From: Klebsiella phage Sugarland
Length of the DNA: 64,000 bases
Strand: one strand, 5' to 3'
Sequence record: NC_042093.1
Positions 18,311 through 27,875 of the stretch are shown piece after piece. A program made the translations under genes and the position numbers. Position 1 is the first letter of the stretch, and each line of letters starts with the position of its first letter. The notes under the pieces were generated by a model. The model made no database searches, was not told the DNA's origin, and saw only the letters and a list, made by a program, of their open reading frames with translations.

Positions 18311-19141
18311 TTAAATAATGTCAGCGGAACCACATGGATCGTCACGATCTGTGGTGAATGTGTATAATTGACCTAAAACCGGCGACGCCACGGTCATGCG
18401 ACCGTTAAAGGTGCCACCTGTGTCAAGATAGACGCGGTTCTTCCAGCGAATTGGGAACGGGACACCAGTATGGCCATGAAACGTGTAGTCTACTCCCACG
18501 ATTTCAGGAACATCGACTGCGCACTCCTTGGAGAAGCTAGAGTAGCGATCGAAGTACGGATGCTTTTCCCCACTACGATACAGGTTAAACCCAACTTCCT
18601 GGATTACATCACGATCCCACAGCAGTACACCCAAACGATGTAGAACTGGGGCAGATTCGTGTTCATGCACAATATCGTCCCACACCGGTACATTTACACC
18701 CATACCTTGAGACTGGTAGCGCAGAGGGATACCAGCATGAACTACCCCGTAACGCTTGCCACGGTGTTCAACGGTCATCATGTACGGCATCTTGCTGTCC
18801 ATGTCCTCTGCAATACCTTTCAGGGTGTCCGTATCGAAACCTTCCGTGATAGTCCAGCTGCCGCCATTATACATCCAGTTAGCATAATCGTCTTGGATCA
18901 TGAACTCGTCATGATTCCCTCGGACAGAACGGAATTTCGGGTTGTACAGGAACTTCGCTAGAACCTGTAAGTTTTTCGGGCCACGGTCGATAAGATCCCC
19001 TACACAGAACACGTAGTCACGACCTTCTTCATACCCAGCAAGTTTCAGGGCATCCATCATCATATCGTACTCGCCATGAATATCTCCGATGAAGAAGATA
19101 TTAGCACTGTCGGGCACGGTAACTGTTTCATGAACGTTCAT
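18311..19141 (-). CDS. Ser/Thr protein phosphatase (lambda-PPase-like metallophosphoesterase)
   Basis: GDIHGEYDMMMDAL, GDLIDRGP, GNHDE motifs. Confidence 0.85.
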   Translation of the reverse strand: MNVHETVTVPDSANIFFIGDIHGEYDMMMDALKLAGYEEGRDYVFCVGDLIDRGPKNLQVLAKFLYNPKFRSVRGNHDEFMIQDDYANWMYNGGSWTITEGFDTDTLKGIAEDMDSKMPYMMTVEHRGKRYGVVHAGIPLRYQSQGMGVNVPVWDDIVHEHESAPVLHRLGVLLWDRDVIQEVGFNLYRSGEKHPYFDRYSSFSKECAVDVPEIVGVDYTFHGHTGVPFPIRWKNRVYLDTGGTFNGRMTVASPVLGQLYTFTTDRDDPCGSADII

Positions 19142-19512
19142 TAATACCTCGTCTCTAAATAATAACGTTTTGGCAGCGAGAAGTCTGTGGGCTGCTGCCT
19201 GTGATCCCTTACATATTCCCCTCTATAGGGGTCGTATATTACGTATTGCACTAGACCTTCGGGTTCCCAGGCAATCAGTATTTCATTGCCTATTCGTTTA
19301 AATGCGTACCCATTCTGCTTAGCCCACATTATGCACGAGTAGTCCAGGCTTCTAGCGTCTACTTTTATGCCAGAAAAGCCCCTCTCTACATTGTAGGTGA
19401 TGCCCTTTATTAACTTATCGAGCTGTATTTTCTTATTATAGTAGGCAGCAGCTCGATTTTTACGGGCCATATCAGAAGACCAGTCTCTAGAGAATTTTTG
19501 CATTATGCACAC
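19141..19512 (-). CDS. hypothetical protein
   Basis: 123 aa. Confidence 0.5.
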   Translation of the reverse strand: MCIMQKFSRDWSSDMARKNRAAAYYNKKIQLDKLIKGITYNVERGFSGIKVDARSLDYSCIMWAKQNGYAFKRIGNEILIAWEPEGLVQYVIYDPYRGEYVRDHRQQPTDFSLPKRYYLETRY

Positions 19513-19925
19513 TCCACGTCGTCGTGTTCATAGCCATAGTTAGTGCAGGTGTTGGCTCCATCATCGTCCTTACAGAACGCAACGTAGCAGTCTACAACTT
19601 CCCAGAACGCTTCGTTGATCAAAGCATTTTGGTGGGTTAGATCTAATTCATCCCACTCTTCTTCGCTCTGGAAGTCAGTATGTACGTGAGCATCACAACC
19701 TACGGCACCAAGGGAAACGACAATAACTAACTCGTCATCTACCATTTCCACATAGGCTTCTGCGTACTCCCAGGCGGCTTCATTAACAAGCTGATTCTTT
19801 ACTTCGGGGCTGAGAGCTTGCCACTCTTCTTTTGTATACCCCAGATCAACGAAGGTAGTGCCGACCGCAAAACCGTTATTCAGGATAAGATATGCTTGCT
19901 TAGTCATTATGTAATCCTCTCTCAA
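19503..19925 (-). CDS. hypothetical acidic protein
   Basis: 140 aa. Confidence 0.5.
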   Translation of the reverse strand: MREDYIMTKQAYLILNNGFAVGTTFVDLGYTKEEWQALSPEVKNQLVNEAAWEYAEAYVEMVDDELVIVVSLGAVGCDAHVHTDFQSEEEWDELDLTHQNALINEAFWEVVDCYVAFCKDDDGANTCTNYGYEHDDVECA

Positions 19926-19937
19926 TTCAATATAAAT

Positions 19938-19966
19938 ATTATATCAAAATTTTAAGCGTTTAGCAA
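19938..19966 (-). promoter_or_regulatory. T5-type early promoter TTGCTA-17-TATAAT
   Basis: minus strand. Confidence 0.5.
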
Positions 19967-19971
19967 ATAAT

Positions 19972-20000
19972 AAAAAACCCCGGTCTCGTATTGAGCCGGG
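19972..20000 (-). terminator. intrinsic terminator
   Basis: minus strand CCCCGGCTCAATACGAGACCGGGG then TTTTTTATTATTT. Confidence 0.6.
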
Positions 20001-20008
20001 GTTAGGTA

Positions 20009-20293
20009 TTATTCTTCTACGTAGTCGATAAAGTCTTGGATAGCTTTACTAACTACCGCAGAACGGAGCGTGGCACCACTCAAGATATGGTGTGCTTCTT
20101 CACGTCCGTTCTCCACGTCTACCAGGACTACTGCGGGTACAGTGCGAAGGCCGAACTTACGTAGGGAATCTACGTCGTCCGTGCGTTTTTCAACGGGCAG
20201 GTTGAACTCAGCGGTGAGCTTATCAAAAACAGGTTCAAACTGCTTACAAGGGGCACAGTTAGAACCTTTAAGGAATACAATCTTCTTAGACAT
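20009..20293 (-). CDS. thioredoxin/glutaredoxin-like protein
   Basis: CAPC redox motif (GSNCAPCKQF), 94 aa. Confidence 0.7.
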   Translation of the reverse strand: MSKKIVFLKGSNCAPCKQFEPVFDKLTAEFNLPVEKRTDDVDSLRKFGLRTVPAVVLVDVENGREEAHHILSGATLRSAVVSKAIQDFIDYVEE

Positions 20294-20690
20294 TATTAAT
20301 ACTCTCCAATAGTGTTTTCATTGTTTTTACGGTTGCGGTATCTAGGTCTAGCTTTTCTCCGAAAGCTTCCATTACAGCTTCCTGATACGGCTTTTTCAGA
20401 CGACCCTCAGGCACTGCTACTTTTTTAACATCTCCTGCCTTGACTTTTGCCAAAATAGTGGTTAAAGTTGGCATAGAAAGTTTCTGGCCCTCAATGTTAA
20501 CGCCGAGCAGTTCAGTTAGCGCATTGTTAAGGTCAATTCGGGTCATTTTCTTACCGTTGGACATAACACCCTCCGATTTCTTAGCAATTTTCTTAAACTC
20601 CGGTGACTCACGATCCCGCAGAGCTATATTTAACTCGTAGGGAGCTACTTTAAAATGCTCGCACATCTGAGTGTAGAATCTGTCCGACAT
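20286..20690 (-). CDS. hypothetical protein
   Basis: 134 aa. Confidence 0.5.
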   Translation of the reverse strand: MSDRFYTQMCEHFKVAPYELNIALRDRESPEFKKIAKKSEGVMSNGKKMTRIDLNNALTELLGVNIEGQKLSMPTLTTILAKVKAGDVKKVAVPEGRLKKPYQEAVMEAFGEKLDLDTATVKTMKTLLESINNV

Positions 20691-20721
20691 TTTGTATCTC
20701 CTCTCTCGAATTTATAAATAT

Positions 20722-20751
20722 ATTATACGCTAAATCGAGCGGAAAGTCAAT
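20722..20751 (-). promoter_or_regulatory. early promoter TTGACT-17-TATAAT
   Basis: minus strand. Confidence 0.5.
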
Positions 20752-20762
20752 TGAATTTTTCA

Positions 20763-21185
20763 TTAATTGCAGTGCTTACCCCTTCTTACGAAAAACAGTG
20801 TAATTGGGTAGACTGAGTACATCAACACAGGGGAAGTTAGGGTTAGAATAGATGTCACCCCACCAGCGTACATTAGGGGTATAAACGCCAGCGTTATAGC
20901 TAGGACTATCATACCAAATAGTAGTGCCAAGGATAATGAGAAGCAATTCTCTAGCTCTAGCCAGAGCCAGCAGAACCCTGTACCCTTCTTTTTATCACAC
21001 GGGCAGCGAAACACGCCAAAAATACCAAATACGAAGTGTAAGAGCCATCTAGCAACCCTAGCTAAGCGTGTTCTGCGAAAGTAAATGGCACCGCGTATTA
21101 AAATCCATGTTGCGGAAAAGAATACTATACCGAATTGAAATATCTTGAGTAGCATTATAGTTACTAAACTTGCAAACATAACCAC
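20763..21185 (-). CDS. polytopic membrane protein (about 4 TM)
   Basis: 140 aa, strongly hydrophobic. Confidence 0.5.
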   Translation of the reverse strand: MVMFASLVTIMLLKIFQFGIVFFSATWILIRGAIYFRRTRLARVARWLLHFVFGIFGVFRCPCDKKKGTGFCWLWLELENCFSLSLALLFGMIVLAITLAFIPLMYAGGVTSILTLTSPVLMYSVYPITLFFVRRGKHCN

Positions 21186-21238
21186 CTCCTATTTGCTTGC
21201 TCCATACAAAGAAGGGGAGCCTAAAGCTCCCCTTAATG

Positions 21239-21652
21239 TCACAGTAACTCTACGTGTCCGCCGTCATACGTTCCGCGTTGGATTTCATCACGGTAGTCGC
21301 CAGAGTTGTTCCAATCCGCTCCGAAACGAACGGCGATGTTCATCTCATTTGCGGCCTTTTTAAATGCACCGACAATAGCCCAGAATGCTTCTAAGTCGTT
21401 CCAGTCAATCTTACCATTGATATACGGAGCGAAATCAATGGCCTTTCCAGTAACATGCTTAGACTTGCTAGGGTCTTTTAAAAATGAGGTGCCATTGGCA
21501 ATATTCTGGGCACTCTGTTCTACAGTACGTTTGCCCTGAATGATGGTAAAATCGTGTGGTGAGAGTTCCAGAGCACGAATAGCCAGAGCCTTAAGTTTAG
21601 GATCTACAGTATCGAGCTGCTGGAGACTACGGTTTCCAAATCTGAAACTCAT
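21239..21652 (-). CDS. lys: endolysin, L-alanyl-D-glutamate peptidase (M15/VanY-like)
   Basis: 137 aa; HVTGKAIDF and DGGHVEL zinc-ligand motifs. Confidence 0.8.
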   Translation of the reverse strand: MSFRFGNRSLQQLDTVDPKLKALAIRALELSPHDFTIIQGKRTVEQSAQNIANGTSFLKDPSKSKHVTGKAIDFAPYINGKIDWNDLEAFWAIVGAFKKAANEMNIAVRFGADWNNSGDYRDEIQRGTYDGGHVELL

Positions 21653-22311
21653 ATTGATCTCCCTAGTGATCTCTGCGGCGATGCGCAGATTTTTGCCATA
21701 TAGTCATTAAACATACCCATGTCCTCGTCTTGTAGGGGGTACTTCTCCCACGCGACGGCGACATACCCAGCGTAGATGTTATTAAGGTTAAAATATGGGC
21801 ACGTGTACACATACTCGAAGTTTGCACTCTTAAACGGCGGCAAACCCGTTCCAGACCACTTCGATAAACCTTGTTTATTCCTTGCGTCGATCGCAAAGTT
21901 TAGACCGTCTAAGTGAGCTCGGTAGAGCATAGACGTCTTGTCAACTGCTTTGTCGGATACATCGGATTTATCCAACTGAACGTTGCTTTCCCAAGCTATG
22001 ATAGTTTGGTAATCATTTATAGCCTCAGGCTTGTACTTAACCACGAAGACGGCATCAGCTCGAGTCTGTGAGAATAGGATCATTGCCTTCTCTCGTGCCA
22101 CATTTGGAAACTCTAGTGTGCGTTGTATTTTAACATCTTGTAGGACCGCCGAAGTAGAGAAAGTCTTTAAGTACGACATGACTTCACTCGTATTAGCTAT
22201 AAAGAGGTAGATAACTAGACCAACCAGTAAGGTTAGCAAACGTTTAAGAAGAGAAGCTGGATCCTTCGCTTCTTGTAGTAACAGCGATATCAACTGTATA
22301 AATTTATCCAT
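21649..22311 (-). CDS. holin (T5-type)
   Basis: 220 aa with N-terminal TM, immediately upstream of the endolysin, ATGA overlap. Confidence 0.65.
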   Translation of the reverse strand: MDKFIQLISLLLQEAKDPASLLKRLLTLLVGLVIYLFIANTSEVMSYLKTFSTSAVLQDVKIQRTLEFPNVAREKAMILFSQTRADAVFVVKYKPEAINDYQTIIAWESNVQLDKSDVSDKAVDKTSMLYRAHLDGLNFAIDARNKQGLSKWSGTGLPPFKSANFEYVYTCPYFNLNNIYAGYVAVAWEKYPLQDEDMGMFNDYMAKICASPQRSLGRSI

Positions 22312-22336
22312 TAAGAACCTCCTCTAACCATTTATA

Positions 22337-22365
22337 ATTATACCCTTTATTGGAGGAAGTTGCAA
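22337..22365 (-). promoter_or_regulatory. early promoter TTGCAA-17-TATAAT
   Basis: minus strand. Confidence 0.5.
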
Positions 22366-22435
22366 TAAAATTTTATAGTTATTGCTCGGATCATACTTTG
22401 GGACAAATGTCAAGTAGAATTTAGATAAAGAAAAA

Positions 22436-22462
22436 GGCCAGAGCTAAAAAGCCCTGGCCTAC
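22436..22462 (-). terminator. intrinsic terminator
   Basis: minus strand GGCCAGGGCTTTTTAGCTCTGGCC then TTTTTC. Confidence 0.55.
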
Positions 22463-22468
22463 TTAGTT

Positions 22469-23080
22469 TTATTGACCCGCAGCCTTACGAGCTTCTTGCT
22501 CTCGGTGCGCCGCCATACGATCTACACGTTCGTTGATCTCTTTGGAGGTCAGCCAAATATCCTTACCACCTTCTATCATCTCAGTGATCTCTTCTAGAGA
22601 GAAGAACGGGTAGTACAGGTCTAACATCATATCCTCAAAGAATGAGTTGAACTGATCTGCATAGTGCTGGATCTCGTTTTTACCCTTACCATAGTGTGCA
22701 CCACGATAGGTATGGCCCATCAACATAACGTAAGGGTGCACCAACCAGCCGTGGCAGGCTAGGAAGATTGAGCAGGCAGCTGATGCTGATGGCCCAACCA
22801 GATGCCCAATAACGGTTCCCTGGCAGTTCATGATAAGGTTGCACAACTGAACTGCTGTATCAACGTACCCGCCGGGACTATTAATATAAAGATTAAGAGT
22901 GTCTCCCTCTTGCATAGTTGCCAGAGTGACTGATAGGTCGCGGTAGTAGTCTACATCGACTATCGGCCCATCGAGATGATAGTGGTAAATATTATACTCT
23001 GCCTTAGTCGCCACCAGGGAGGCGAAGTAATTAGGAGTCTTATTGCCACCTTTCTGCTCTACGTTATTAATTTGTCCCAT
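22469..23080 (-). CDS. ClpP-like serine protease
   Basis: SPGGYVDTAVQL and GPSASAACSIF (ClpP Ser motif context), 203 aa. Confidence 0.7.
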   Translation of the reverse strand: MGQINNVEQKGGNKTPNYFASLVATKAEYNIYHYHLDGPIVDVDYYRDLSVTLATMQEGDTLNLYINSPGGYVDTAVQLCNLIMNCQGTVIGHLVGPSASAACSIFLACHGWLVHPYVMLMGHTYRGAHYGKGKNEIQHYADQFNSFFEDMMLDLYYPFFSLEEITEMIEGGKDIWLTSKEINERVDRMAAHREQEARKAAGQ

Positions 23081-23089
23081 ATTGTTACC

Positions 23090-23851
23090 TTATATAAAGA
23101 GAATCCTCTCGTCGCAAAACGCGTTTACATTTTTACGGAAATTTTCCAGTCCGTCAAAGTTATTTGTGACCACATCATCAATAAACTCGGGTGCAACACC
23201 TCTAGCAGAGGCATGAGTAGATTGGATAGCGTGGATGTTGTTAGGGGCGTGAACTTTAAGAATACTAGAGTTCTGCGCACCGGGGAAGTTCCGAACTAGA
23301 GCGGCTTCATTATCAAAACGAACATCAGAAATAATACTAATGTCAGCTTTGGTAGCAGTGATACGATCGACCACAATATTTAACCACAAGTTCTCATCCA
23401 CCAGAGCGCGTCCTAACTCCGTGCCAACAAATTCTAGCATTTTACGAGGGGACGTGTATAATGGGTACAGCGGGGTCTCGTGACCCTGATAAAAGTCTGG
23501 AGCAGTCTTAGCAACCAACGGATATAGCGTTGACGCTTCAAACTGAGGCCAAACGTAAGAGAAATCGGCGTACTTGTCGATCCCAAAACGCTTCCAGACG
23601 TTAGCAGTACGCTCAAGGGCTTCCTGAGTCACCCAAAACCACTGCTTAATCTCTTTTGTCCTGCGCTCTGCCAGCTTTTCTGGCGTGACTCCAAGGATTA
23701 CAGCCGCGAGTTCGTAAACTGGAGCCGCAAAACTGAATTTACTGATAGAATACTCCGGACCGAGGACTTCCCAGGCCCAAACCTTAGCCATGTCAGCAAA
23801 GGTGTCTTTGCCTGCACCGGCATCACCAACTAATCCTAAAACGTATTTCAT
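23090..23851 (-). CDS. dnk: deoxynucleoside monophosphate kinase
   Basis: N-terminal P-loop GDAGAGKDT; 253 aa. Confidence 0.75.
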   Translation of the reverse strand: MKYVLGLVGDAGAGKDTFADMAKVWAWEVLGPEYSISKFSFAAPVYELAAVILGVTPEKLAERRTKEIKQWFWVTQEALERTANVWKRFGIDKYADFSYVWPQFEASTLYPLVAKTAPDFYQGHETPLYPLYTSPRKMLEFVGTELGRALVDENLWLNIVVDRITATKADISIISDVRFDNEAALVRNFPGAQNSSILKVHAPNNIHAIQSTHASARGVAPEFIDDVVTNNFDGLENFRKNVNAFCDERILFI

Positions 23852-24177
23852 TTTGTTTCCTTATTGAACGGTTTGCAACGATATTCATTAAGTGACACGC
23901 GATAGGTACACGTTAATGCAGTCAGATTGGCAATGTAGGTGTAGACCTGCTCATTACATTTGCCCATTGTGATCCAATCTTGGTAAGGTATGCGAACATA
24001 CACTTTCCCTTCTTCGTTTATGAACTCAAAATTAAACGGGCAAGTCTGTAGGCTTGCTGGCCACGGTAGGTGTTGCGGCTCTATCCCCGTTACTGTACTA
24101 CTTGGGTCTGGCCGTTCTGCACACCCGGATGCGATAATTGCAGCCGAGAGCAGGAGTCCATATTTCCAGTTACGCAT
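23848..24177 (-). CDS. o-spanin-like outer-membrane lipoprotein
   Basis: lipobox LSAAIIASGC; 109 aa; out of frame inside the 3' end of the upstream coiled-coil gene. Confidence 0.55.
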   Translation of the reverse strand: MRNWKYGLLLSAAIIASGCAERPDPSSTVTGIEPQHLPWPASLQTCPFNFEFINEEGKVYVRIPYQDWITMGKCNEQVYTYIANLTALTCTYRVSLNEYRCKPFNKETK

Positions 24178-24551
24178 GAAAGTCTCTCCTGGAATTCATT
24201 AACTTTGTCTTTTGCCACCTTAGTAGCAAGTTTAGGTTTAGCGGCAACCACGCCCTCTTTGGCTCTAGCTGCATCCAGTTTATTAATACGTCCATCCAGC
24301 TCTTCCTGGTTCTTGGCTAGGTTGGTTATGTAGGTAGTGGTGTTGCGATCTCGATTTCGAATCTCTGTTTGGAGATTACCAACTGTCTTTTCTAGTTGTT
24401 CATTACGGTTTGATAGGGACTGTAAAGAACTGGACATATCTGTTAGCTTATTGGTAATGTAGTAGGCACCCCCGAAGGTGCCTGCTGCAATTGCCAGAAA
24501 CAGAATTGCTCCAGTCTTACCGCTCCATATTCCTGAAAGAAACTTTAGCAT
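24090..24551 (-). CDS. i-spanin-like protein (N-terminal TM plus coiled coil)
   Basis: start moved to internal Met (MLKFLSGIW...); TM then long Q/E/K/R helix. Confidence 0.5.
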   Translation of the reverse strand: MLKFLSGIWSGKTGAILFLAIAAGTFGGAYYITNKLTDMSSSLQSLSNRNEQLEKTVGNLQTEIRNRDRNTTTYITNLAKNQEELDGRINKLDAARAKEGVVAAKPKLATKVAKDKVNEFQERLSCVTGNMDSCSRLQLSHPGVQNGQTQVVQ

Positions 24552-25215
24552 CGAAGCCCTTAGCAATTAACCGATCACGATCAGACGTAGATTCGGTCTT
24601 TGGTTCCCCTTGACCCAGCACACCAAAGATATATGATTCTAGGGTCTGGTGCCAGCGATACAGGTTTGGATCGATCTCCTGCCACGGGAAATCTTCCGCA
24701 TGGAAGTTGAAATCAGTTTTAACGGTAATGTTTACCGTTGGGTCAGTCTCGGACTTTGAAGCATCCCACGCCATAGCAATGGGTTTGTTGAAAGTCTCTA
24801 GGAAGCTGGAAGCCGTGGTAGTTGCGTTACGAACACGAGCGTCGATCTTCTCAATCGTATTCATGTCCCAACCCATCCGCAGGTAGTATCCTTGTTCTTC
24901 CAGTACCTCTTTTACTTTAACTGGATCGAAAGTCTGGATATGCACAGCATCTGCCCCTAGGCCAGTGTGATAACCGTACAGCCAGCGTAGTGTACCACAA
25001 ATCAATACTGGACGAACTTCCAGAGTTCCCATATTAACACCCCCATATCCAGAGGAAGTACGGTTACGCAAGATTTCAGCGTAGAAAATAATTTGTTCGA
25101 AATCAGCGGATACGTTTACAACCTTTTTCACCTCTTCGCGATACCATGCTCTTTCTGCATCATACATAGTACCTTGTAGATCATATACGTCCTTTAATTT
25201 AGAGATAATACGCAT
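24517..25215 (-). CDS. hypothetical protein
   Basis: start at MRIISKLK with SD GAGGAGAA; track ORF over-extended. Confidence 0.5.
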   Translation of the reverse strand: MRIISKLKDVYDLQGTMYDAERAWYREEVKKVVNVSADFEQIIFYAEILRNRTSSGYGGVNMGTLEVRPVLICGTLRWLYGYHTGLGADAVHIQTFDPVKVKEVLEEQGYYLRMGWDMNTIEKIDARVRNATTTASSFLETFNKPIAMAWDASKSETDPTVNITVKTDFNFHAEDFPWQEIDPNLYRWHQTLESYIFGVLGQGEPKTESTSDRDRLIAKGFDAKVSFRNMER

Positions 25216-25242
25216 CTTTGTTCTCCTCTCATTTATAAAACC

Positions 25243-25271
25243 ATTATACAACATTTTAAGCGAGAGTGCAA
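25243..25271 (-). promoter_or_regulatory. early promoter TTGCAC-17-TATAAT
   Basis: minus strand. Confidence 0.45.
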
Positions 25272-25281
25272 GTAATTTTTA

Positions 25282-25312
25282 AAAAAGAAAAGCCCAACAC
25301 CTTTCGATGCTG
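25282..25312 (-). terminator. intrinsic terminator
   Basis: minus strand AAGCCCAGCATCGAAAGGTGTTGGGCTT then TTCTTTTTT. Confidence 0.55.
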
Positions 25313-25323
25313 GGCTTGGATAT

Positions 25324-25716
25324 TTAGCGATTTAGCGGGTGTTTTTCAACACAATAATTATTAAAGATCTGTGCCCTTTTGAGGCTGTCCGGTTTAGGCT
25401 TAGCAAATGGGCCTTTCAAAGCGCCTTGTACAATGAAAATCCCTTTGCAAATTCTGCCGATGATCTTACGATCCATACAGCGGATCTCCGCAGCATATTT
25501 ACCACTACGAAGCTCCAGGAGCTTGTCGAAGGACTTCAAGACACCTTCTGCGTCTTTGGCTCCACCCCTGGCGATTATGGCCTCGATATCTTTACGGGTG
25601 GCGAACTTAGCCAGAAACTCGAAGGCTTTAGCTGACATTACCTTAGCGCAATCCAGACCATGATTGATACCAACTGCCATCCACGCTGCTACTGCCAGTA
25701 AAAATAAAGTAAACAT
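25324..25716 (-). CDS. secreted protein (signal peptide)
   Basis: MFTLFLLAVAAWMAVG; 130 aa. Confidence 0.5.
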   Translation of the reverse strand: MFTLFLLAVAAWMAVGINHGLDCAKVMSAKAFEFLAKFATRKDIEAIIARGGAKDAEGVLKSFDKLLELRSGKYAAEIRCMDRKIIGRICKGIFIVQGALKGPFAKPKPDSLKRAQIFNNYCVEKHPLNR

Positions 25717-25835
25717 TTTGCTTCCTCAGTTTGTCTTTGAATTAGTTAATGGTCAGCGACCAACTCACCACTTCGTTCATCGCGGGCACGACTCCGGATA
25801 GGAACAGGAAGGTGACTCCTATAACGGCCCTACCG

Positions 25836-26285
25836 TTATACGTGTGGATTCATGTTACACATCATCCGAGTCTTCTCTACTTCCCGTCGTGCTCTGCGAC
25901 GTTCCCGCCGTAGTTTGTATTCATTTTCAATAACCTTATGAAAGTGGTCATTAATGTTATCCTCTGGTAACATCAGGCGAATTGTTGCCAACTGCTCGAT
26001 CTGAACCCGAAGGTGGGAGTTAGGCATACAGAGCTCTTGCATCTCCACGAACCCGGATAATCCTAGAGCGGTCATAGAGGCTTTAGCGTATACTTTATCC
26101 TCTTTTAGGCTTAGTTCAACGGTTATCCGGTAGCGATTATCAAACACAGTACACCACTCCGAGGGGGCTGCACCAGCTCTTGCCCAGACACAGTAAGGAG
26201 CTTCCTCAAAAGCACACTCTTCATTAATCCAGTCTAGGGTCTCTTGAAGTTTAGGGTGAAGATTACTCATCGCTATCGTCCTCAT
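25836..26285 (-). CDS. hypothetical protein
   Basis: 149 aa. Confidence 0.5.
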   Translation of the reverse strand: MRTIAMSNLHPKLQETLDWINEECAFEEAPYCVWARAGAAPSEWCTVFDNRYRITVELSLKEDKVYAKASMTALGLSGFVEMQELCMPNSHLRVQIEQLATIRLMLPEDNINDHFHKVIENEYKLRRERRRARREVEKTRMMCNMNPHV

Positions 26286-26589
26286 CTTCTACTTGACGAC
26301 CATAGCGATCCAGTGTCACAGCGGGCTTGCCGTAGGTTTTGTTCGTGTAGATCTTAGTTTCCCCAAAACGGGTTTCAGATTTACGAAACTTACCAGCTTC
26401 TTTAGTAATCCCATTCGTTGTTACACGAACCCGCCCGTTATCAGAGATCTCTACTTTGTTACGCTCTGCGGCCAGAGATACTCCAGAGTACAGCATACTG
26501 AATACGATGATTGCTGCAATTGAACGCTTACTCATAGTCTTCACCTTCGTTATCTTGTTCGTCAACTTCGCCTTCGAGGTCTGGCTCAC
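26263..26589 (-). CDS. secreted protein with signal peptide
   Basis: hydrophobic IAAIIVFSMLYSGVSLAAE segment; SD AAGGTGA. Confidence 0.45.
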   Translation of the reverse strand: MSQTSKAKLTNKITKVKTMSKRSIAAIIVFSMLYSGVSLAAERNKVEISDNGRVRVTTNGITKEAGKFRKSETRFGETKIYTNKTYGKPAVTLDRYGRQVEDEDDSDE

Positions 26590-26851
26590 AGTCCCGGCAG
26601 ATTTCCTCTATTTGGTTCTCCGCCCTTTCAAAAGCAGGACACCACCACCCACAATTCACGCACCGAAAGATCTCCATATCTTCCGCGGTCTGCCAGAAGA
26701 GATCCTCGATAACACCTTCGTGAAGGTTATACCCGTTAGCCACAAGCTCTTCTTCGATAACATTGAGAGCTTCAGTTTCGCTTACACAGGAACCTTGTAC
26801 ATACCCGTGCATCAACGGGCGGATAATGCTTTCAATACTTAGTTTGCTCAT
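26528..26851 (-). CDS. Cys-rich acidic protein (possible zinc ribbon)
   Basis: CVNCGWWCP...CRDCEP. Confidence 0.5.
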   Translation of the reverse strand: MSKLSIESIIRPLMHGYVQGSCVSETEALNVIEEELVANGYNLHEGVIEDLFWQTAEDMEIFRCVNCGWWCPAFERAENQIEEICRDCEPDLEGEVDEQDNEGEDYE

Positions 26852-26891
26852 GAAGCTCTCCCTATCAATTTATGTAACTATTATATCGAAA

Positions 26892-26920
26892 AATCGCCTA
26901 CAATGCAACTGAATTTTTCA
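26892..26920 (-). promoter_or_regulatory. early promoter TTGCAT-17-TATAAT
   Basis: minus strand. Confidence 0.5.
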
Positions 26921-27335
26921 ATTCTTTGGCTTCGGCACGCTTTCTTTTGTATTCGGCAGCTCCCTTTTCGAGTTCCGAATTAAGGTAGTCAACCATGGTA
27001 TCCCACTTACGGTTTATCCAGTGACGAGTACCATAATGCGAGAATACCTGTACGGTATAGTCTACCGGACTGGCGTCTTTGACGCTATACCAGGCCTCAG
27101 GACTAAACTGCTTGAGATCGTCCAGCTGTGGAGTTGGCATATCCAGAGCTTTTTGATGGTACAGTTTTGTCAGGTCAAATACTTTCTGCTGGTAACGTTC
27201 ATGGTCACGATAGTAGCCAGAGAGTCGCTCCACTAGTGATTGGGCCGCTTCCAGATTACGAGAGGTTACAACGCAAATACGATCCGGCAACCCCTGCTCC
27301 ATGAATTCATGTACTACACAATATCCTAGATCCAT
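26898..27335 (-). CDS. hypothetical protein
   Basis: start moved to MDLGYCVVHEF with SD GGAG. Confidence 0.45.
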   Translation of the reverse strand: MDLGYCVVHEFMEQGLPDRICVVTSRNLEAAQSLVERLSGYYRDHERYQQKVFDLTKLYHQKALDMPTPQLDDLKQFSPEAWYSVKDASPVDYTVQVFSHYGTRHWINRKWDTMVDYLNSELEKGAAEYKRKRAEAKELKNSVAL

Positions 27336-27336
27336 A

Positions 27337-27546
27337 TTAACAGCTCCAGCTACACTTAGGACACGGGCAGGACAGTGCGTGTACGCACATCTTGCCGTTT
27401 TTATCAACACCAGTACCGTGACACTTGGTACAGGCAGCATGTAAACACACCGGTCGTTGCTCTTCGACTAACTTCTTAATAAACGGAGCGCTTTCAACCA
27501 TTTTGCATAATTCTTCGTGAGAATATCCAAATCCTGTAGTAATCAT
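27337..27546 (-). CDS. small Cys-rich zinc-binding protein
   Basis: 69 aa; CTKCHGTG...CPCPKCSWSC. Confidence 0.45.
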   Translation of the reverse strand: MITTGFGYSHEELCKMVESAPFIKKLVEEQRPVCLHAACTKCHGTGVDKNGKMCVHALSCPCPKCSWSC

Positions 27547-27875
27547 TTTCTACCTCTGCGTTTCGGAGTGGGCCAGGAATTAGTCTTGCCGTGAGTAACC
27601 TCCTGGTGGGAGCTACGTGGCATAAAGTTATTACCAATCGGATGTTCGTGTTCCATTTCCCGAGCGTAGGATTCTAACTCTAGAAAGCTGGCTTGGGACT
27701 CTCGTTCCATTCTTTCTAGGTCAGTGAAGCTGGGAAATCCGCCGATGCCGCCGTAGCCAATAAGCATTATTTTCGGCACCTCGACATTACGTTCTTCCAG
27801 TCGTTTACGAACAAGTTCTATTGCTTCCCGAGCAATTTTATCGTCCATTGCGTTCCTCCTTCGGTAAGTAATCAT
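27543..27875 (-). CDS. hypothetical protein
   Basis: 110 aa. Confidence 0.5.
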   Translation of the reverse strand: MITYRRRNAMDDKIAREAIELVRKRLEERNVEVPKIMLIGYGGIGGFPSFTDLERMERESQASFLELESYAREMEHEHPIGNNFMPRSSHQEVTHGKTNSWPTPKRRGRK

